Virus record (IMG/VR): IMGVR_UViG_3300020234_000033
Coordinates: 1-59,720 of that record
Source: a virus
Lineage: Duplodnaviria > Caudoviricetes
Length of the DNA: 59,720 nt
Strand: one strand, 5' to 3'
Shown here: positions 1 through 10,079 of the stretch, in pieces
How positions within the stretch are numbered: the first letter of the stretch is position 1
Layout: each line of letters opens with the position of its first letter
Translations under genes and position numbers: made by a program
Notes under the pieces: generated by a model
Told to the model about the DNA's origin: nothing
The model's database searches: none
What the model saw: the letters and a program-made list of their open reading frames with translations, nothing else

Positions 1-1287
1 CAGCTGATTCGGATCGGCGAGGCCTTCAAGGCAAATCCGTTGTGCACCATTCGCGAAGCGATTGCATCCGGCCACGGTATCGGCAAGACCGCCGAGGTGG
101 CTTTTATTATTTTATGGGCAATGTCTACCAGACCGCATCTTGCCGGTGTGGTCACCGCTAACACCCTACCCCAGTTGACAACCAAAACATGGCGCGAGCT
201 GGCGGTCTGGCACAAGAGGTTAATCAATGCACACTGGTTCAAATGGTCCGCCACCAAGTTCTACCACGTCGAGCACGCAGACACGTGGTTCGTTGCAGCT
301 GTCCCAAATACTGAGCACAACTCTGAGGCGTTTGCAGGGCTCCACGCTACGCACGTACTTGTCATCTATGACGAAGGCTCCGGTATCCCGGACAAGATCT
401 ACGAGGTGTCCGAAGGTGCGATGACCACACCCCGGGCGATGTGGTTCGTCTTCGGCAACCCGACAAGGAATACCGGCCGGTTCAGGGAATGCTTTCACTC
501 AGACAAGCACCGCTGGACAACCCGGCAGATCGATTCCCGCACAGCCATGATGACCAACAAGGCCGAGCTGTCTGAGTGGGTGAATGTTTACGGCGAGGAC
601 TCTGACTTTGTCCGCGTGCGGGTACGCGGCGTGTTCCCGAGGACTGGCGACATGCAGTTCATCAGCTCAGAGCTGGTGGACCGTGGGATGCGGTGGGAGT
701 GTCCCTACGAGGCACACTTCCAGCTGCCGATCTTAATCGGCGTGGACGTCGCACGCTACGGCGATGACAAAACGGTTATTGCCATCCGCCAGGGCCGCAA
801 ACTTCTGGAGCTGCGCAAGTTCCGAGAGCTGAATACAATGCAGGTGGCCACGGTAGCGGCCGACGCGATCCGGGAGTACCGGCCAGCCGCAACCTTCGTC
901 GATGGAATTGGTGTAGGTGCTGGCGTGGTGGATCGATTGCGCATGCTCAACTACGAAATCGTCGAGGTCAACGCCGGTGTCAAACCGGATGACGAGGACA
1001 CCTACTTCAACAAGCGCGCCGAGATGTGGGACAGGGTCAGGATCTGGTTGCGCGATGGCGCCGACATCCCGGACGACGCGGAACTGCGTCAGGCTTTGAT
1101 CGGCATCGAGTATTCCTTTGACGGCAAGGAGCTGATGCGCATGGAGCGGAAGCAGGACATGAAACGCAGAGGACTCGACAGCCCGGACGAGGGCGACGCG
1201 ATCTGCATGACATTTGCCGAGCAGATCGGCGACTACACCAACAACTGGTTCGAGCCAGAAGACCAGTTCGAACCAGAGGCAGCATGA
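1..1287 (+). CDS. terL: Terminase large subunit (N-terminus lies outside the window)
   Basis: Frame is open from base 1 (QLIRIGEAFKANPLCTIREAIASGHGIGKT). Walker A SGHGIGKT, Walker B VLVIYDEG, motif III GNPT, and RNase H-like nuclease motifs GVDVARYGDD and SPDEGDA. Confidence 0.95.
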   Translation, partial: QLIRIGEAFKANPLCTIREAIASGHGIGKTAEVAFIILWAMSTRPHLAGVVTANTLPQLTTKTWRELAVWHKRLINAHWFKWSATKFYHVEHADTWFVAAVPNTEHNSEAFAGLHATHVLVIYDEGSGIPDKIYEVSEGAMTTPRAMWFVFGNPTRNTGRFRECFHSDKHRWTTRQIDSRTAMMTNKAELSEWVNVYGEDSDFVRVRVRGVFPRTGDMQFISSELVDRGMRWECPYEAHFQLPILIGVDVARYGDDKTVIAIRQGRKLLELRKFRELNTMQVATVAADAIREYRPAATFVDGIGVGAGVVDRLRMLNYEIVEVNAGVKPDDEDTYFNKRAEMWDRVRIWLRDGADIPDDAELRQALIGIEYSFDGKELMRMERKQDMKRRGLDSPDEGDAICMTFAEQIGDYTNNWFEPEDQFEPEAA

Positions 1288-1508
1288 TCATGCACGGGAG
1301 AACAAGCCCTATGAGGGGCAGCAGACGTTTCGTTACCGGTAAAGATGGACGCGTGCTACTGAAGGAGCCGCACCCGCTCTGGCTCATGTACCGGAAAGTG
1401 AATAGTACTGTTCGACAAGCGTTACGCCGGTGGGATCTTGAACTGATGGTCCTGTCGGGTGTGATCGGGGTGGCGGCATTCCTGAAGTCATTTGGGTATA
1501 TAGCATGA
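1284..1508 (+). CDS. Small hypothetical protein with a C-terminal hydrophobic segment
   Basis: ATGA overlap with the terL stop; TM-like LMVLSGVIGVAAFL. Confidence 0.55.
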   Translation: MIMHGRTSPMRGSRRFVTGKDGRVLLKEPHPLWLMYRKVNSTVRQALRRWDLELMVLSGVIGVAAFLKSFGYIA

Positions 1509-1753
1509 ACGACGCCTTCGACTTCACCCCGCCAGACAAGTGCACCATTTGTGACGGCGAGTTCAGCTTTGAAGACGAGGGTGGATCCCAAGGATTCATC
1601 GGCATTTTGCCAGTGACCTTCTGCCCGACCTGCAAGGCTGGCATATTTGATTTCGTCGAGAGCCAGTGCGAGATGTGTCAGGAGGCTACGAGCGCAGAAG
1701 ATATGCCTCCTGGCTGGCCCAATGGCTTGACGGAGGAACCTGATGCCGCTTAA
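1505..1753 (+). CDS. Hypothetical Zn-ribbon protein
   Basis: CxxC pairs CTIC, CPTC and CEMC; ATGA coupling. Confidence 0.65.
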   Translation: MNDAFDFTPPDKCTICDGEFSFEDEGGSQGFIGILPVTFCPTCKAGIFDFVESQCEMCQEATSAEDMPPGWPNGLTEEPDAA

Positions 1754-2120
1754 ACATAATAGCAACAGCGCAATCAACGAAGAGGCCATCAAAAGCTTCT
1801 TGTATCCCAAAAGGGTCGCGGCCGAAGAGGTGTTGCACAAGAATCCTGGCGCCAAGATCCTGCCGACCCAGCCCATCCCGGACGAGCTGCCATCCTGCAA
1901 GCACATGATTCCGATCAAGCACAAGACCTGCGGCGCGGTCGCGTTCTACTACACCCACGTCCCGGCCAAGGGAGAGATGATGACCGCGACGCGCGCGAGG
2001 ACCATCGGTGGCGATACCATCGAGCCTGGGGCAACAATGACCTGCGGCAGCTGTGGAGACGGTGTCCACCCCATTCATCTGCAGGTGAGCAAAACAGATT
2101 ACGAGGCAGCGCATGGGTAG
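1743..2120 (+). CDS. Hypothetical Zn-binding protein
   Basis: HKTCG and CGSCG motifs; GGAGG upstream; overlaps its neighbours. Confidence 0.65.
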   Translation: MPLKHNSNSAINEEAIKSFLYPKRVAAEEVLHKNPGAKILPTQPIPDELPSCKHMIPIKHKTCGAVAFYYTHVPAKGEMMTATRARTIGGDTIEPGATMTCGSCGDGVHPIHLQVSKTDYEAAHG

Positions 2121-2562
2121 GATATCTAACCAGCAGAAGATCTCACTACCCACCAAGCGCGGCAAGTTTGGTCGTGAGATCGAGGCCGATTACAACGAGA
2201 TCAACCTGTTAGAGACCCCCGAGGCCCAGCAGGCGAAGGTCGAAATGTGGATCGCTAAAAACCTTGGTGACGTACTGATTAAGAACTATCCGAACCGTGA
2301 GTGGGGCATTTATGTCAATATCGAAGGACGGATGGTTATCATTTCCTGCGATTCGCTCTCATCTGAAAAAGGCTACCACATTCACATGGAGGGGCGTACT
2401 ATCCACCAGTTACAAGCGAAGAGCATTAGCGCAGCGGGTGAAATTCTGGAGCGGCACGGCATCACCAGAGGCAAGCATGTCGATGAAGATATATTCGAGA
2501 CGCTGCCCCGGGATGCTGGTGACAACGTCATAACCGAAGATTCAGGAGCGGGCTACCTGTAA
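2113..2562 (+). CDS. Hypothetical phage protein
   Basis: GAGG SD; stop overlaps the portal start (TAATG). Confidence 0.7.
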   Translation: MGRISNQQKISLPTKRGKFGREIEADYNEINLLETPEAQQAKVEMWIAKNLGDVLIKNYPNREWGIYVNIEGRMVIISCDSLSSEKGYHIHMEGRTIHQLQAKSISAAGEILERHGITRGKHVDEDIFETLPRDAGDNVITEDSGAGYL

Positions 2563-4859
2563 TGGCAGACTCTCAAGTACCGATAGGAATCACAGACGCG
2601 CAGGGGCATCCGACATCTCCCAGCGCACCGGTGTCTCCAGAAGCTAATGCGTCGATGGAGCGCTTCGGATCCGGCGGTGATGTCTACTCGCGCAACCCGA
2701 ACCAGTTACCCCCAGGCGATTCGCCGGAGGGCGGTGGCAGCATCGGCACACCACAGGACACCGGCGACGGAGATCTGAAAGACGGCCAAGCTTCCTCGAT
2801 GATTACAAGGGACGCATGGCTGATCGCCAAGGCCCACGAGATCTACACCACTTCCACTGACTACGTCGACGCCAATATCACCAATATCTGGGAGACGAAC
2901 CTTGCACATTTTAATAACGAGCACGCGCCCAGCACTGCTTTTAGGGGTAAAAATTGGAGACGAAGTCGTGTTTTCAGGCCGAAGACGCGTGCTACCACAA
3001 AAACCGCTGAAGCAGCGCTTACGGTCGCTGCCTTCTCGACCATTGACGTTGTCGACATACAGGCCGAAGATGAGCGAGACCCCCTCCAAATTGCATCCGC
3101 CCAGATAAATCAGAACATCCTGCAGTACCGCCTCGACCGGCGCATGCCGTGGTTCCAGACCGCAATCGGCGCCTACCAGTCCACCAAGGTTTACGGCCTG
3201 TGTATCTCGCACCAGTACTGGCGCTACGAGGCGGACGTCGACTACGAGCCTGCCATCGATGACCAGGGTATGCTGATGACCGATGACGAGGGATTTCCAC
3301 TGGGCACCGAGGTGCCGGTGATTCGCAAGGATGAACTGGTCTGTGACTTAATCGCGCCGGAGAACTTCCGCTTCGACCCGATGTGCGACTGGCGCGATCC
3401 CTGCAATACTTCACCTTACCTGCTTTACATGATGCCGATCTACGCCGGTGAAGCACTGGAGCGGATGGAGACCATCGACAAGAAGACCGGCCAGCCGCAG
3501 TGGCGGAAGTATGCACTGGGCCAGATCCTCGCCACCCGGCGCAAGAATTACGACCGTACCCGGCAGGCGCGCGAGGGACGTCAACGAATCGACCCGGCTG
3601 ACGAGCAGCACGGAAACGCCTATACCACGCTGTGGGCCCACATGAATATTGTCAAGATCAACGGCACCGACATGGTCTACTGGACCATGGGCACCGAACT
3701 GATCCTGTCCGATGCAATACCCCTCAGACAAGCCTTCGACTGGCTCGAAGAGGGTGAACGACCCTTTGTAGTTGGCTTCAGCACCATCGAGGCTTTCAGG
3801 AATTACCCCGCTGGTGACGTTGAGCAAAGCTCCGGGCTGCAGGAAGAGATCAACCAGATAGCCAACCAGCGACTCGACAACGTCAAGCTCGTGCTCAATA
3901 AGCGGTACTACGTCAGACGGGGATCCCAGGTGGACCTCGATGCACTTGTGCGTAACGTCCCAGGCGGGGGCGTCATGATGAATGACCCCGAGAAAGACGT
4001 GAAGACGGTTAACACACCGGATGTCACGCAGTCGAGCTACATGGAGCAGGACAAGCTGGCGATGGAAATGGACGAGCTGGTTGGCAACTTCTCTCAGGGC
4101 ACAGCTGCAGCTGCTGATGGGTCCAAGCAGAACGTCGGCAACACCCAGATCGCTGGCCAGACTGCCGGATCCATGTCGGACTACGCGCTGCGGATCTACT
4201 TCGAGACGTGGATGGAGCCCGTGCTCAAGCAACTGGTGAAACTGATTCAAATGTACGAGACCGACGCGGTCGTACTCGGCATCGCCGCGAAGAAGTCCAA
4301 GATGATGCTGCGGTACGGCCTCTCCGAGATCACTGACCAGTTGATCCGTCAGGATCTGACAGTTCGGGTTAATGTCGGCATGGGTAACACGGATCCAATC
4401 CGCCGGGTCGAGCGACTGATATTCGGACTGGAGAAGACCGCCGCGCTGCCGAAGATGGCCGAGCGAATGAAATCTGACCGGGTAGCTGACGAGATCTTCG
4501 GATCACTGGGCTACAAGGATGCCACCGGGTTCTTCATGTCGGATGAGGAACTCAAACAGAAAAATGAGGAGATGGGTGACCAGACCCCGCCTGACATCAA
4601 GTTGAAGCAGCAGGAGATTGAGACCCGTGCAGCCGACAACAAGATGCGCCATCAGCGTGAGTTGATGCATCTGGATATGGAGGCGCAGCTCGGGTTCGCG
4701 AGGCTCGCGCTTGATAGGGAAATGACTTTAGAGAAGCTGTACCAGACGCTCGGCATCGAGGAGAAAAAGATCGACTCGAAGCGTCAGGCCGATGGTGTAC
4801 GTGAAATCAACAAGGTCGCGGAGCTTTCGCTCGCGCGGGATACTGGATCAGGAATCTGA
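2562..4859 (+). CDS. Portal protein (P22/N4-like podoviral type)
   Basis: 765 aa, located between terminase and scaffold/capsid. Has APENFRFDP, LQEEINQIANQRLDNVKL and a C-terminal coiled coil typical of long podoviral portals. Confidence 0.85.
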   Translation: MADSQVPIGITDAQGHPTSPSAPVSPEANASMERFGSGGDVYSRNPNQLPPGDSPEGGGSIGTPQDTGDGDLKDGQASSMITRDAWLIAKAHEIYTTSTDYVDANITNIWETNLAHFNNEHAPSTAFRGKNWRRSRVFRPKTRATTKTAEAALTVAAFSTIDVVDIQAEDERDPLQIASAQINQNILQYRLDRRMPWFQTAIGAYQSTKVYGLCISHQYWRYEADVDYEPAIDDQGMLMTDDEGFPLGTEVPVIRKDELVCDLIAPENFRFDPMCDWRDPCNTSPYLLYMMPIYAGEALERMETIDKKTGQPQWRKYALGQILATRRKNYDRTRQAREGRQRIDPADEQHGNAYTTLWAHMNIVKINGTDMVYWTMGTELILSDAIPLRQAFDWLEEGERPFVVGFSTIEAFRNYPAGDVEQSSGLQEEINQIANQRLDNVKLVLNKRYYVRRGSQVDLDALVRNVPGGGVMMNDPEKDVKTVNTPDVTQSSYMEQDKLAMEMDELVGNFSQGTAAAADGSKQNVGNTQIAGQTAGSMSDYALRIYFETWMEPVLKQLVKLIQMYETDAVVLGIAAKKSKMMLRYGLSEITDQLIRQDLTVRVNVGMGNTDPIRRVERLIFGLEKTAALPKMAERMKSDRVADEIFGSLGYKDATGFFMSDEELKQKNEEMGDQTPPDIKLKQQEIETRAADNKMRHQRELMHLDMEAQLGFARLALDREMTLEKLYQTLGIEEKKIDSKRQADGVREINKVAELSLARDTGSGI

Positions 4860-4872
4860 CAGAGGAATTGAC

Positions 4873-5175
4873 ATGGCTAAGTACAAAGGTAATTTGAGCG
4901 CTGCAGAAGCAGCCAGACGTATCAGGGAACGCAAGAATATGGTTGATCAGATCGTCGATGACGCGACTGCGGGTGGGCCGTCGAGTGCTAAGAAGGCGAA
5001 AGTCAGAAGTGTTCGGCGGAAGAAAGCCCCGTCGGTAGCAGAGATCAAGAAATCCAAACATGTTGGACTCGAAGGTGAACCTGCCTACGGCCAGCGAATG
5101 GCCCCCTCCCCGATGGAAGGTGGCACCAAGACCCGGTTCAACCAGACGGGCGAAAATGAAGGCAACCCGTACTAG
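4873..5175 (+). CDS. Hypothetical basic protein
   Basis: GAGGA SD before ATG 4873; K/R-rich. Confidence 0.65.
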   Translation: MAKYKGNLSAAEAARRIRERKNMVDQIVDDATAGGPSSAKKAKVRSVRRKKAPSVAEIKKSKHVGLEGEPAYGQRMAPSPMEGGTKTRFNQTGENEGNPY

Positions 5176-5178
5176 AAC

Positions 5179-5508
5179 ATGAGCACCCCCGAGGAATTTG
5201 ACTACTCCAATGTTCACTTTATAAGTGATCAGGAGCGTGAATACTTCGCGGAGGCTCATCTTGGCGAGCAAGTTCGTAGCTTTATCGCCAGTCCGACCGG
5301 CCGTTACCTGCACGGCCGCGCCAAGCAAACCATGAGTGAATGCAAGGACAAACTGGCAGACTTAGACCCGACCGTAAAGGGCGGTATCGCAGACTGGAAA
5401 GCCATCAAGCAGGACATGGCCAACGCAGAATCATTCTTGAAATGGTGTGCCGAGGCAATCGTAAACGGTGATAACGCAGCTTCACAGCTGGAGGAATACA
5501 GAGAATGA
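5179..5508 (+). CDS. Hypothetical head-module protein
   Basis: Small helical ORF between portal and scaffold; ATGA coupling to the next gene. Confidence 0.7.
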   Translation: MSTPEEFDYSNVHFISDQEREYFAEAHLGEQVRSFIASPTGRYLHGRAKQTMSECKDKLADLDPTVKGGIADWKAIKQDMANAESFLKWCAEAIVNGDNAASQLEEYRE

Positions 5509-6677
5509 GTTCAACCCCTGAAGCCATCCCCCAAAAGGACGTTTCTGCAAAAGATCCAGCAGTTGCGAATCCGGATACCCCACAGGCTCCGGAGCCCGTA
5601 GTAAACCCGCGTGATCTCATCCTCGATTCGTTGGATGAAAAGATCGACGCGCAACGCCATCAAGAGCAAAAGGATTACCTCGAAGAGGTAAGTGAGGAGC
5701 TGGGCATGGCTCCTCCCGATCCTGAACCGGCCCCAGCAGCGGACGGTGCCCAGACTGTAGAGCCTATGCACCCACCCGCGGAACCGGTAGAGCCTGAGCC
5801 GTTGCCCGTAGAGCTGCAGGACCACGCAATGGCGGACTATATTGTGATGCACAATGGTGAGCCGCACATGAAAGCAAAAGTGCATGGAGTTGACAAACTG
5901 ATACCAATGTCTAAAGTGCAAGCGCAAGCGCAGAAATTAGACGCCGCCGAGGTGACCCTGGAACAGGCGGCTATCACAACCAGGGATCTCGCACAGCGCG
6001 AGGAGTGGATACGTGAGAATGAAGCTTCACTCAAAGCGCGGTTAGAGGCCCCTGTAGTACCGGTACCACCCGTTGACGCGGGCGTACCGAGCGAAGAACT
6101 CGTTGGCGAAGCCAAGGAGATCGTCTCAACCCTGTTCCGGGGAGACGAAGACGCAGCTGCTCTCAAGTTGGCTACACTACTGAAACGATCTCAGGCACCG
6201 GCTAACCCCGTCCCTGCGATTGATACCACCCAGTTAGTCAATCAGGCAGCAGATGTTGCTGTCGTCAAGATGACACAGATAGATAAGGCGAAGGATGCTG
6301 TCGCTGGACTCGAACAGTTCAAAGATAGTTACCCGGAAATTATGGCTGACCCTATGCTGTATCGGATTGCCGACAAATTTACCGACGTCATTGAGAAGGA
6401 GAATCCCTCGTGGAGCCCGACTCAGTTGATGTTGGAAGCCGGTGTACGGACCAATAAGTGGTTGGCTCAGCAGAAAGGGGAAACCCTGCCTAATGAGCCG
6501 CCGCCCGCGGACCCTGCATCAATTGACCCTAATCGACAGGAACGGAAGGACAATTTGGTTCGAATCCCGAACCCTGCTCTCGGTGCGGTATCCCCGCACG
6601 GCGTAACAGAGGAGCCAGTACAGACTCCGGCTGACGCGCTGCACGAGATCAGGGAATCGAGAGGGCAACCGGTCTAA
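5505..6677 (+). CDS. Capsid scaffolding protein (putative)
   Basis: Acidic, Pro-rich, coiled-coil protein with a KVHGVDKLIP motif, directly upstream of the major capsid gene. Confidence 0.7.
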   Translation: MSSTPEAIPQKDVSAKDPAVANPDTPQAPEPVVNPRDLILDSLDEKIDAQRHQEQKDYLEEVSEELGMAPPDPEPAPAADGAQTVEPMHPPAEPVEPEPLPVELQDHAMADYIVMHNGEPHMKAKVHGVDKLIPMSKVQAQAQKLDAAEVTLEQAAITTRDLAQREEWIRENEASLKARLEAPVVPVPPVDAGVPSEELVGEAKEIVSTLFRGDEDAAALKLATLLKRSQAPANPVPAIDTTQLVNQAADVAVVKMTQIDKAKDAVAGLEQFKDSYPEIMADPMLYRIADKFTDVIEKENPSWSPTQLMLEAGVRTNKWLAQQKGETLPNEPPPADPASIDPNRQERKDNLVRIPNPALGAVSPHGVTEEPVQTPADALHEIRESRGQPV

Positions 6678-6698
6678 CTGTTCAGGAGATAAATCATC

Positions 6699-7640
6699 AT
6701 GCCAGGACAAGTATGGCAAACGAGTGCGTTGGGTGGCTTTATGTGGGCCCCCAACCTGAGCCGTAAGCTCAGAACAGCACTGCAACCGATGGTGCGTTTT
6801 CGTCAGTTCTGTGACGCTCGTGAAGCGTTTGGTTTGGGTAAAGGCGAGATTTTTAACTGGGACGTCTATTCGGACGTTCAGACACAGGGTGGTACCTTAG
6901 CTGAAACAGCGACCATGCCTGAGTCAAATTTCGTCATTACCCAGGCTACGCTCATCATCACAGAGTTTGGCAACAGCGTGCCTTTCACCAAGAAACTGGA
7001 TGACCTATCAGAGCATCCGGTAACTGAAATCATCCACAAGGTGTTGAAGAATGATGCTCGGAAAGCTTTGGACGCGGCAGCTAATGCCCAGTTCGAGGTT
7101 ACCCCGATTCGAATCGTTCCGGACAACGCTGGTGTGGGCCCAGGTATCACCGTGACAGAAAATGGTATCCCGGCCAACATCAACAACGTCGCCTTCGGAA
7201 ATGGTTTCGCAAAATTGATCGCGGATGAACTGGCAGAACGAGATGTTCCGACTTTTGACGGAACGAATTACTTCTCGGTTGCCCGTCCTACCACGCTACG
7301 TGCTTTTAAAGACGATCTGGAGCCTATTCACCAGTTCGTCAGCGAAGGCTGGCACGTGATCATGAACGGCGAGAAAGGTCGTTACGAGGGTATCCGTTAC
7401 ACTGAGCAGACCAATATTCCTTCCGAGGGATGGTCCAACGGTTTGTCGGATGCTATTTTCTTCTTTGGCTCAGACACAGTTGTCGAAGCCTTTGCAATTC
7501 CTGAAGAGATTCGGGGCAAAATCCCAACCGACTATGGTCGGTCGCGAGGTATCGCGTGGTATGCAGAGCTTGGTTATGGACTCGTCCACACCGCAGCCGC
7601 GCAGGCGCGTATCTTCAAATGGGATTCACTTGAGCCATAG
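6699..7640 (+). CDS. Major capsid protein (N4 gp56-like family, HK97 fold)
   Basis: Strong AGGAG SD. Motifs RFRQF, GLGKGEIFNW, ITEFGNSV, GEKGRYEGIRY and TDYGRSRGIAWYAELG resemble N4-gp56-type capsids. Confidence 0.9.
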   Translation: MPGQVWQTSALGGFMWAPNLSRKLRTALQPMVRFRQFCDAREAFGLGKGEIFNWDVYSDVQTQGGTLAETATMPESNFVITQATLIITEFGNSVPFTKKLDDLSEHPVTEIIHKVLKNDARKALDAAANAQFEVTPIRIVPDNAGVGPGITVTENGIPANINNVAFGNGFAKLIADELAERDVPTFDGTNYFSVARPTTLRAFKDDLEPIHQFVSEGWHVIMNGEKGRYEGIRYTEQTNIPSEGWSNGLSDAIFFFGSDTVVEAFAIPEEIRGKIPTDYGRSRGIAWYAELGYGLVHTAAAQARIFKWDSLEP

Positions 7641-7649
7641 GAGCCTATC

Positions 7650-8048
7650 ATGCCAGGACAATTTTATGATAATGCACTCCAGACTCAACATGATGCAGCT
7701 GCAGTAGATCTTACCGCTGGAGCAACTTTCCTGACCATTGGTGGTCCGGCATTGCAATTTGGACGAATCTTGGATGTGACTTTCGACATAACTACAGCCA
7801 TTACGGTTGCGGATACCCTTGTTGACATAGGTGAGAGCGGCGGCGACGTCGATGCTCAGCTTGCCGCATTTATCCTCGCCTTCACCGGCAGTGGTATTGG
7901 AGATCGATTGGCCCCTACCAGAGACAACACAACTGTTGCGCTCGACCAGGGTGTAGATATTGAACCAGACGTAGATACGATTTGCGCAGATGACGGCGGT
8001 GCTACTGCCGGAGTCGGTGATGTTCGCGTCCTCGTCGCTTGGTGGTAG
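7650..8048 (+). CDS. Putative capsid decoration/cement protein
   Basis: 132 aa, beta-rich, immediately after the major capsid gene; TAGGAG SD. Confidence 0.55.
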   Translation: MPGQFYDNALQTQHDAAAVDLTAGATFLTIGGPALQFGRILDVTFDITTAITVADTLVDIGESGGDVDAQLAAFILAFTGSGIGDRLAPTRDNTTVALDQGVDIEPDVDTICADDGGATAGVGDVRVLVAWW

Positions 8049-8057
8049 GAGACTATT

Positions 8058-8369
8058 ATGCCTTCAGATGTAAGCAAAAATAGTGGCCATGGTGCTGGCG
8101 GTCCGGCGGGATTAGAGCCGGGCCCAGGTGCCTACATGCCAGGGGATCATAAAGCAACCACGATCCGTGGTTCGTTTATGCGTATGGAAGGATCAGGGGT
8201 GCAGTTCGGCCTCAACAGCTATATGGAGTTTGACTCCGAAGCGCTGGCCTTCCCACGTTACAACGGTGCTCGCGATCCATTAACCGGTAACGCTCCAGAC
8301 CGTCCAGATCCGTACAGGGATAGCGGTATAGGTGTTACGAGTAAAGGGCATCCGTTCGTAATTTGTTAG
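8058..8369 (+). CDS. Hypothetical protein
   Basis: TAGGAG SD; part of the head operon. Confidence 0.65.
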   Translation: MPSDVSKNSGHGAGGPAGLEPGPGAYMPGDHKATTIRGSFMRMEGSGVQFGLNSYMEFDSEALAFPRYNGARDPLTGNAPDRPDPYRDSGIGVTSKGHPFVIC

Positions 8370-8391
8370 AGCGAATGCTTCAATAGTTTGT

Positions 8392-8413
8392 CCCGGGGTC
8401 ATCTGACCCCGGG
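8392..8413 (+). terminator. GC-rich intergenic hairpin (weak terminator or processing stem)
   Basis: CCCGGGGTCA-TC-TGACCCCGGG perfect inverted repeat after the capsid block; only a poor U tract (CCATTTG). Confidence 0.45.
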
Positions 8414-8430
8414 CCATTTGGAGAACTGAG

Positions 8431-8769
8431 ATGGCGATTAAAAAAGCAGTCAACGAAACCCGCGACAATATCGAGCCGGTTACACCCCGGGGCGGTGTTG
8501 TTGATTATCAATACGGCGGTATGGGGATCCCTGGCGACATGGTCGACCATGACGCAGCATACCCACCCCCGAATTTAGAAGCCGCTTTCCACCAGAACGC
8601 CTGTGCAGAAGATGGGTGCTCCGGAAAGCTCCGTATCGACACGCTGTACGACAATACTATCGAGACAGAAGTCATTAACCCGCGAAGCAAAGAGCAAGGT
8701 CCGCCTGATATGGTGGTCGGTCCCGACGTCAAAGCTTGGCTTTATCCACATCGCGAAAGCAATATGTGA
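8431..8769 (+). CDS. Hypothetical protein
   Basis: GGAG SD; ORF in the structural operon. Confidence 0.65.
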   Translation: MAIKKAVNETRDNIEPVTPRGGVVDYQYGGMGIPGDMVDHDAAYPPPNLEAAFHQNACAEDGCSGKLRIDTLYDNTIETEVINPRSKEQGPPDMVVGPDVKAWLYPHRESNM

Positions 8770-8779
8770 GGAAATTGTT

Positions 8780-9049
8780 ATGGCACGTGAATCAGCAGCA
8801 GCAAAAAAGAAACGACTGGCGGCAGAGAAAAAAGCCGCTGCAAAAACCACAGACGAGCTGACCGAGACCGCACTGGAAGAATCCGAAGAGCCAGAAAAAG
8901 CGGCCAAGAAAGCCAAACCCGAAGCCGAGGAATCTCCTCCGGCACTGGTGGATAAGTCGATGGTTACCATCGCTACTGGTAAGGGTCGCGTGCGCATGAC
9001 AATGGCTGCGTACAAGGCTATGCAGGAGTCCAGTGATGGAGACTCCTGA
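8780..9049 (+). CDS. Hypothetical K/A/E-rich protein
   Basis: GAGG SD before ATG 8780. Confidence 0.65.
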   Translation: MARESAAAKKKRLAAEKKAAAKTTDELTETALEESEEPEKAAKKAKPEAEESPPALVDKSMVTIATGKGRVRMTMAAYKAMQESSDGDS

Positions 9050-9347
9050 GCAGGAACCTGAGCTGGATAAAAACCAGCCGATGACGACTCATCGGACCAT
9101 GACTGGCGCCAAGTACAGCCAGAATGGTCACATGTTCAGTCTGGCCGGGATGTATACCGGGCCGGATCCGGACTACAAGCCGCCGGTCGAGGAAGAGGAA
9201 GTCATCGAGCTACCGAAAGACGACGGCAAAGCGGGTGTGCTCGCGCGTGCGACGGCAAAGCTGTCTGAATTCGCAGATCCCGAAGATCTCACCGAAGTGA
9301 AAAAGGAAAACAATAAGGCTGCTGCCGCGGAACGATTAGCGCAGTGA
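9036..9347 (+). CDS. Hypothetical protein
   Basis: AGGAG SD; stop overlaps the next gene (GTGA). Confidence 0.65.
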   Translation: METPEQEPELDKNQPMTTHRTMTGAKYSQNGHMFSLAGMYTGPDPDYKPPVEEEEVIELPKDDGKAGVLARATAKLSEFADPEDLTEVKKENNKAAAAERLAQ

Positions 9348-10075
9348 GCACTTTCCTTCAGTTAGTAGAGGATCTGCAGCGCGAAGTCGGTGCGTCTGGC
9401 ACGGCCCCGATAACCAGTGTGGTTAATCAGGTCGGCGAGTCGCAGCGCTTGGTGCGATGGATCCGTGATTCTGATACCTATATTCAGGACCGCTGGCTCA
9501 ACTGGAAGTTTTTGTGGAATCAGGTGCAGTTGAATACCTCAACGGGTAACCCCGCGCTGGCTGCACCGACGGATCTCAATTTCTGGGATCCCAAAACATT
9601 TAAGATCAATGATGGCGGCGCAAATGACCTCGATGAGGATCTCAATTACGCCGAACATGATTCGATCAAATGGATGGTACGCGACACGAGTCAGGCTAAG
9701 CCCTCACTCGCCATCGTCATGCCAGACAACTCGTTAGAATTTGAACCGGTACCGAATGCGTCGTACCAGATCAAAGCAGATTATTTCATTAAGCCCACCC
9801 CTATGGCGGCTAACGGTGATGTGTCTCTGATACCAGAGCAGTATCACCAAGCAATCCTCGGCCGAGCGATTGTTCTCTACGCGAATTATGAAAACGCGCC
9901 AGAGATCAAGACGCAAGGCGAGGAGATTTTTGAAGAGGTGTTTGGTCGCCTCGAAAATCACCAGCTGCCAAACCAAAGATTTTCGCGTTATCAGAGCACC
10001 GGCAGCTTTTTCGATGTCAACGCAAATCAAGGTGGAGGAGACGGCTTTACTGTCGGTGGCGACGGGGCTTTTTAG
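9344..10075 (+). CDS. Head-tail adaptor / tail tubular protein A-like
   Basis: N-terminal TFLQLV, W.FL motif, P.P...Y....Y and IPEQYHQAIL motifs typical of podoviral adaptors; sits before the nozzle gene. Confidence 0.75.
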   Translation: MSTFLQLVEDLQREVGASGTAPITSVVNQVGESQRLVRWIRDSDTYIQDRWLNWKFLWNQVQLNTSTGNPALAAPTDLNFWDPKTFKINDGGANDLDEDLNYAEHDSIKWMVRDTSQAKPSLAIVMPDNSLEFEPVPNASYQIKADYFIKPTPMAANGDVSLIPEQYHQAILGRAIVLYANYENAPEIKTQGEEIFEEVFGRLENHQLPNQRFSRYQSTGSFFDVNANQGGGDGFTVGGDGAF

Positions 10076-10079
10076 GTGA

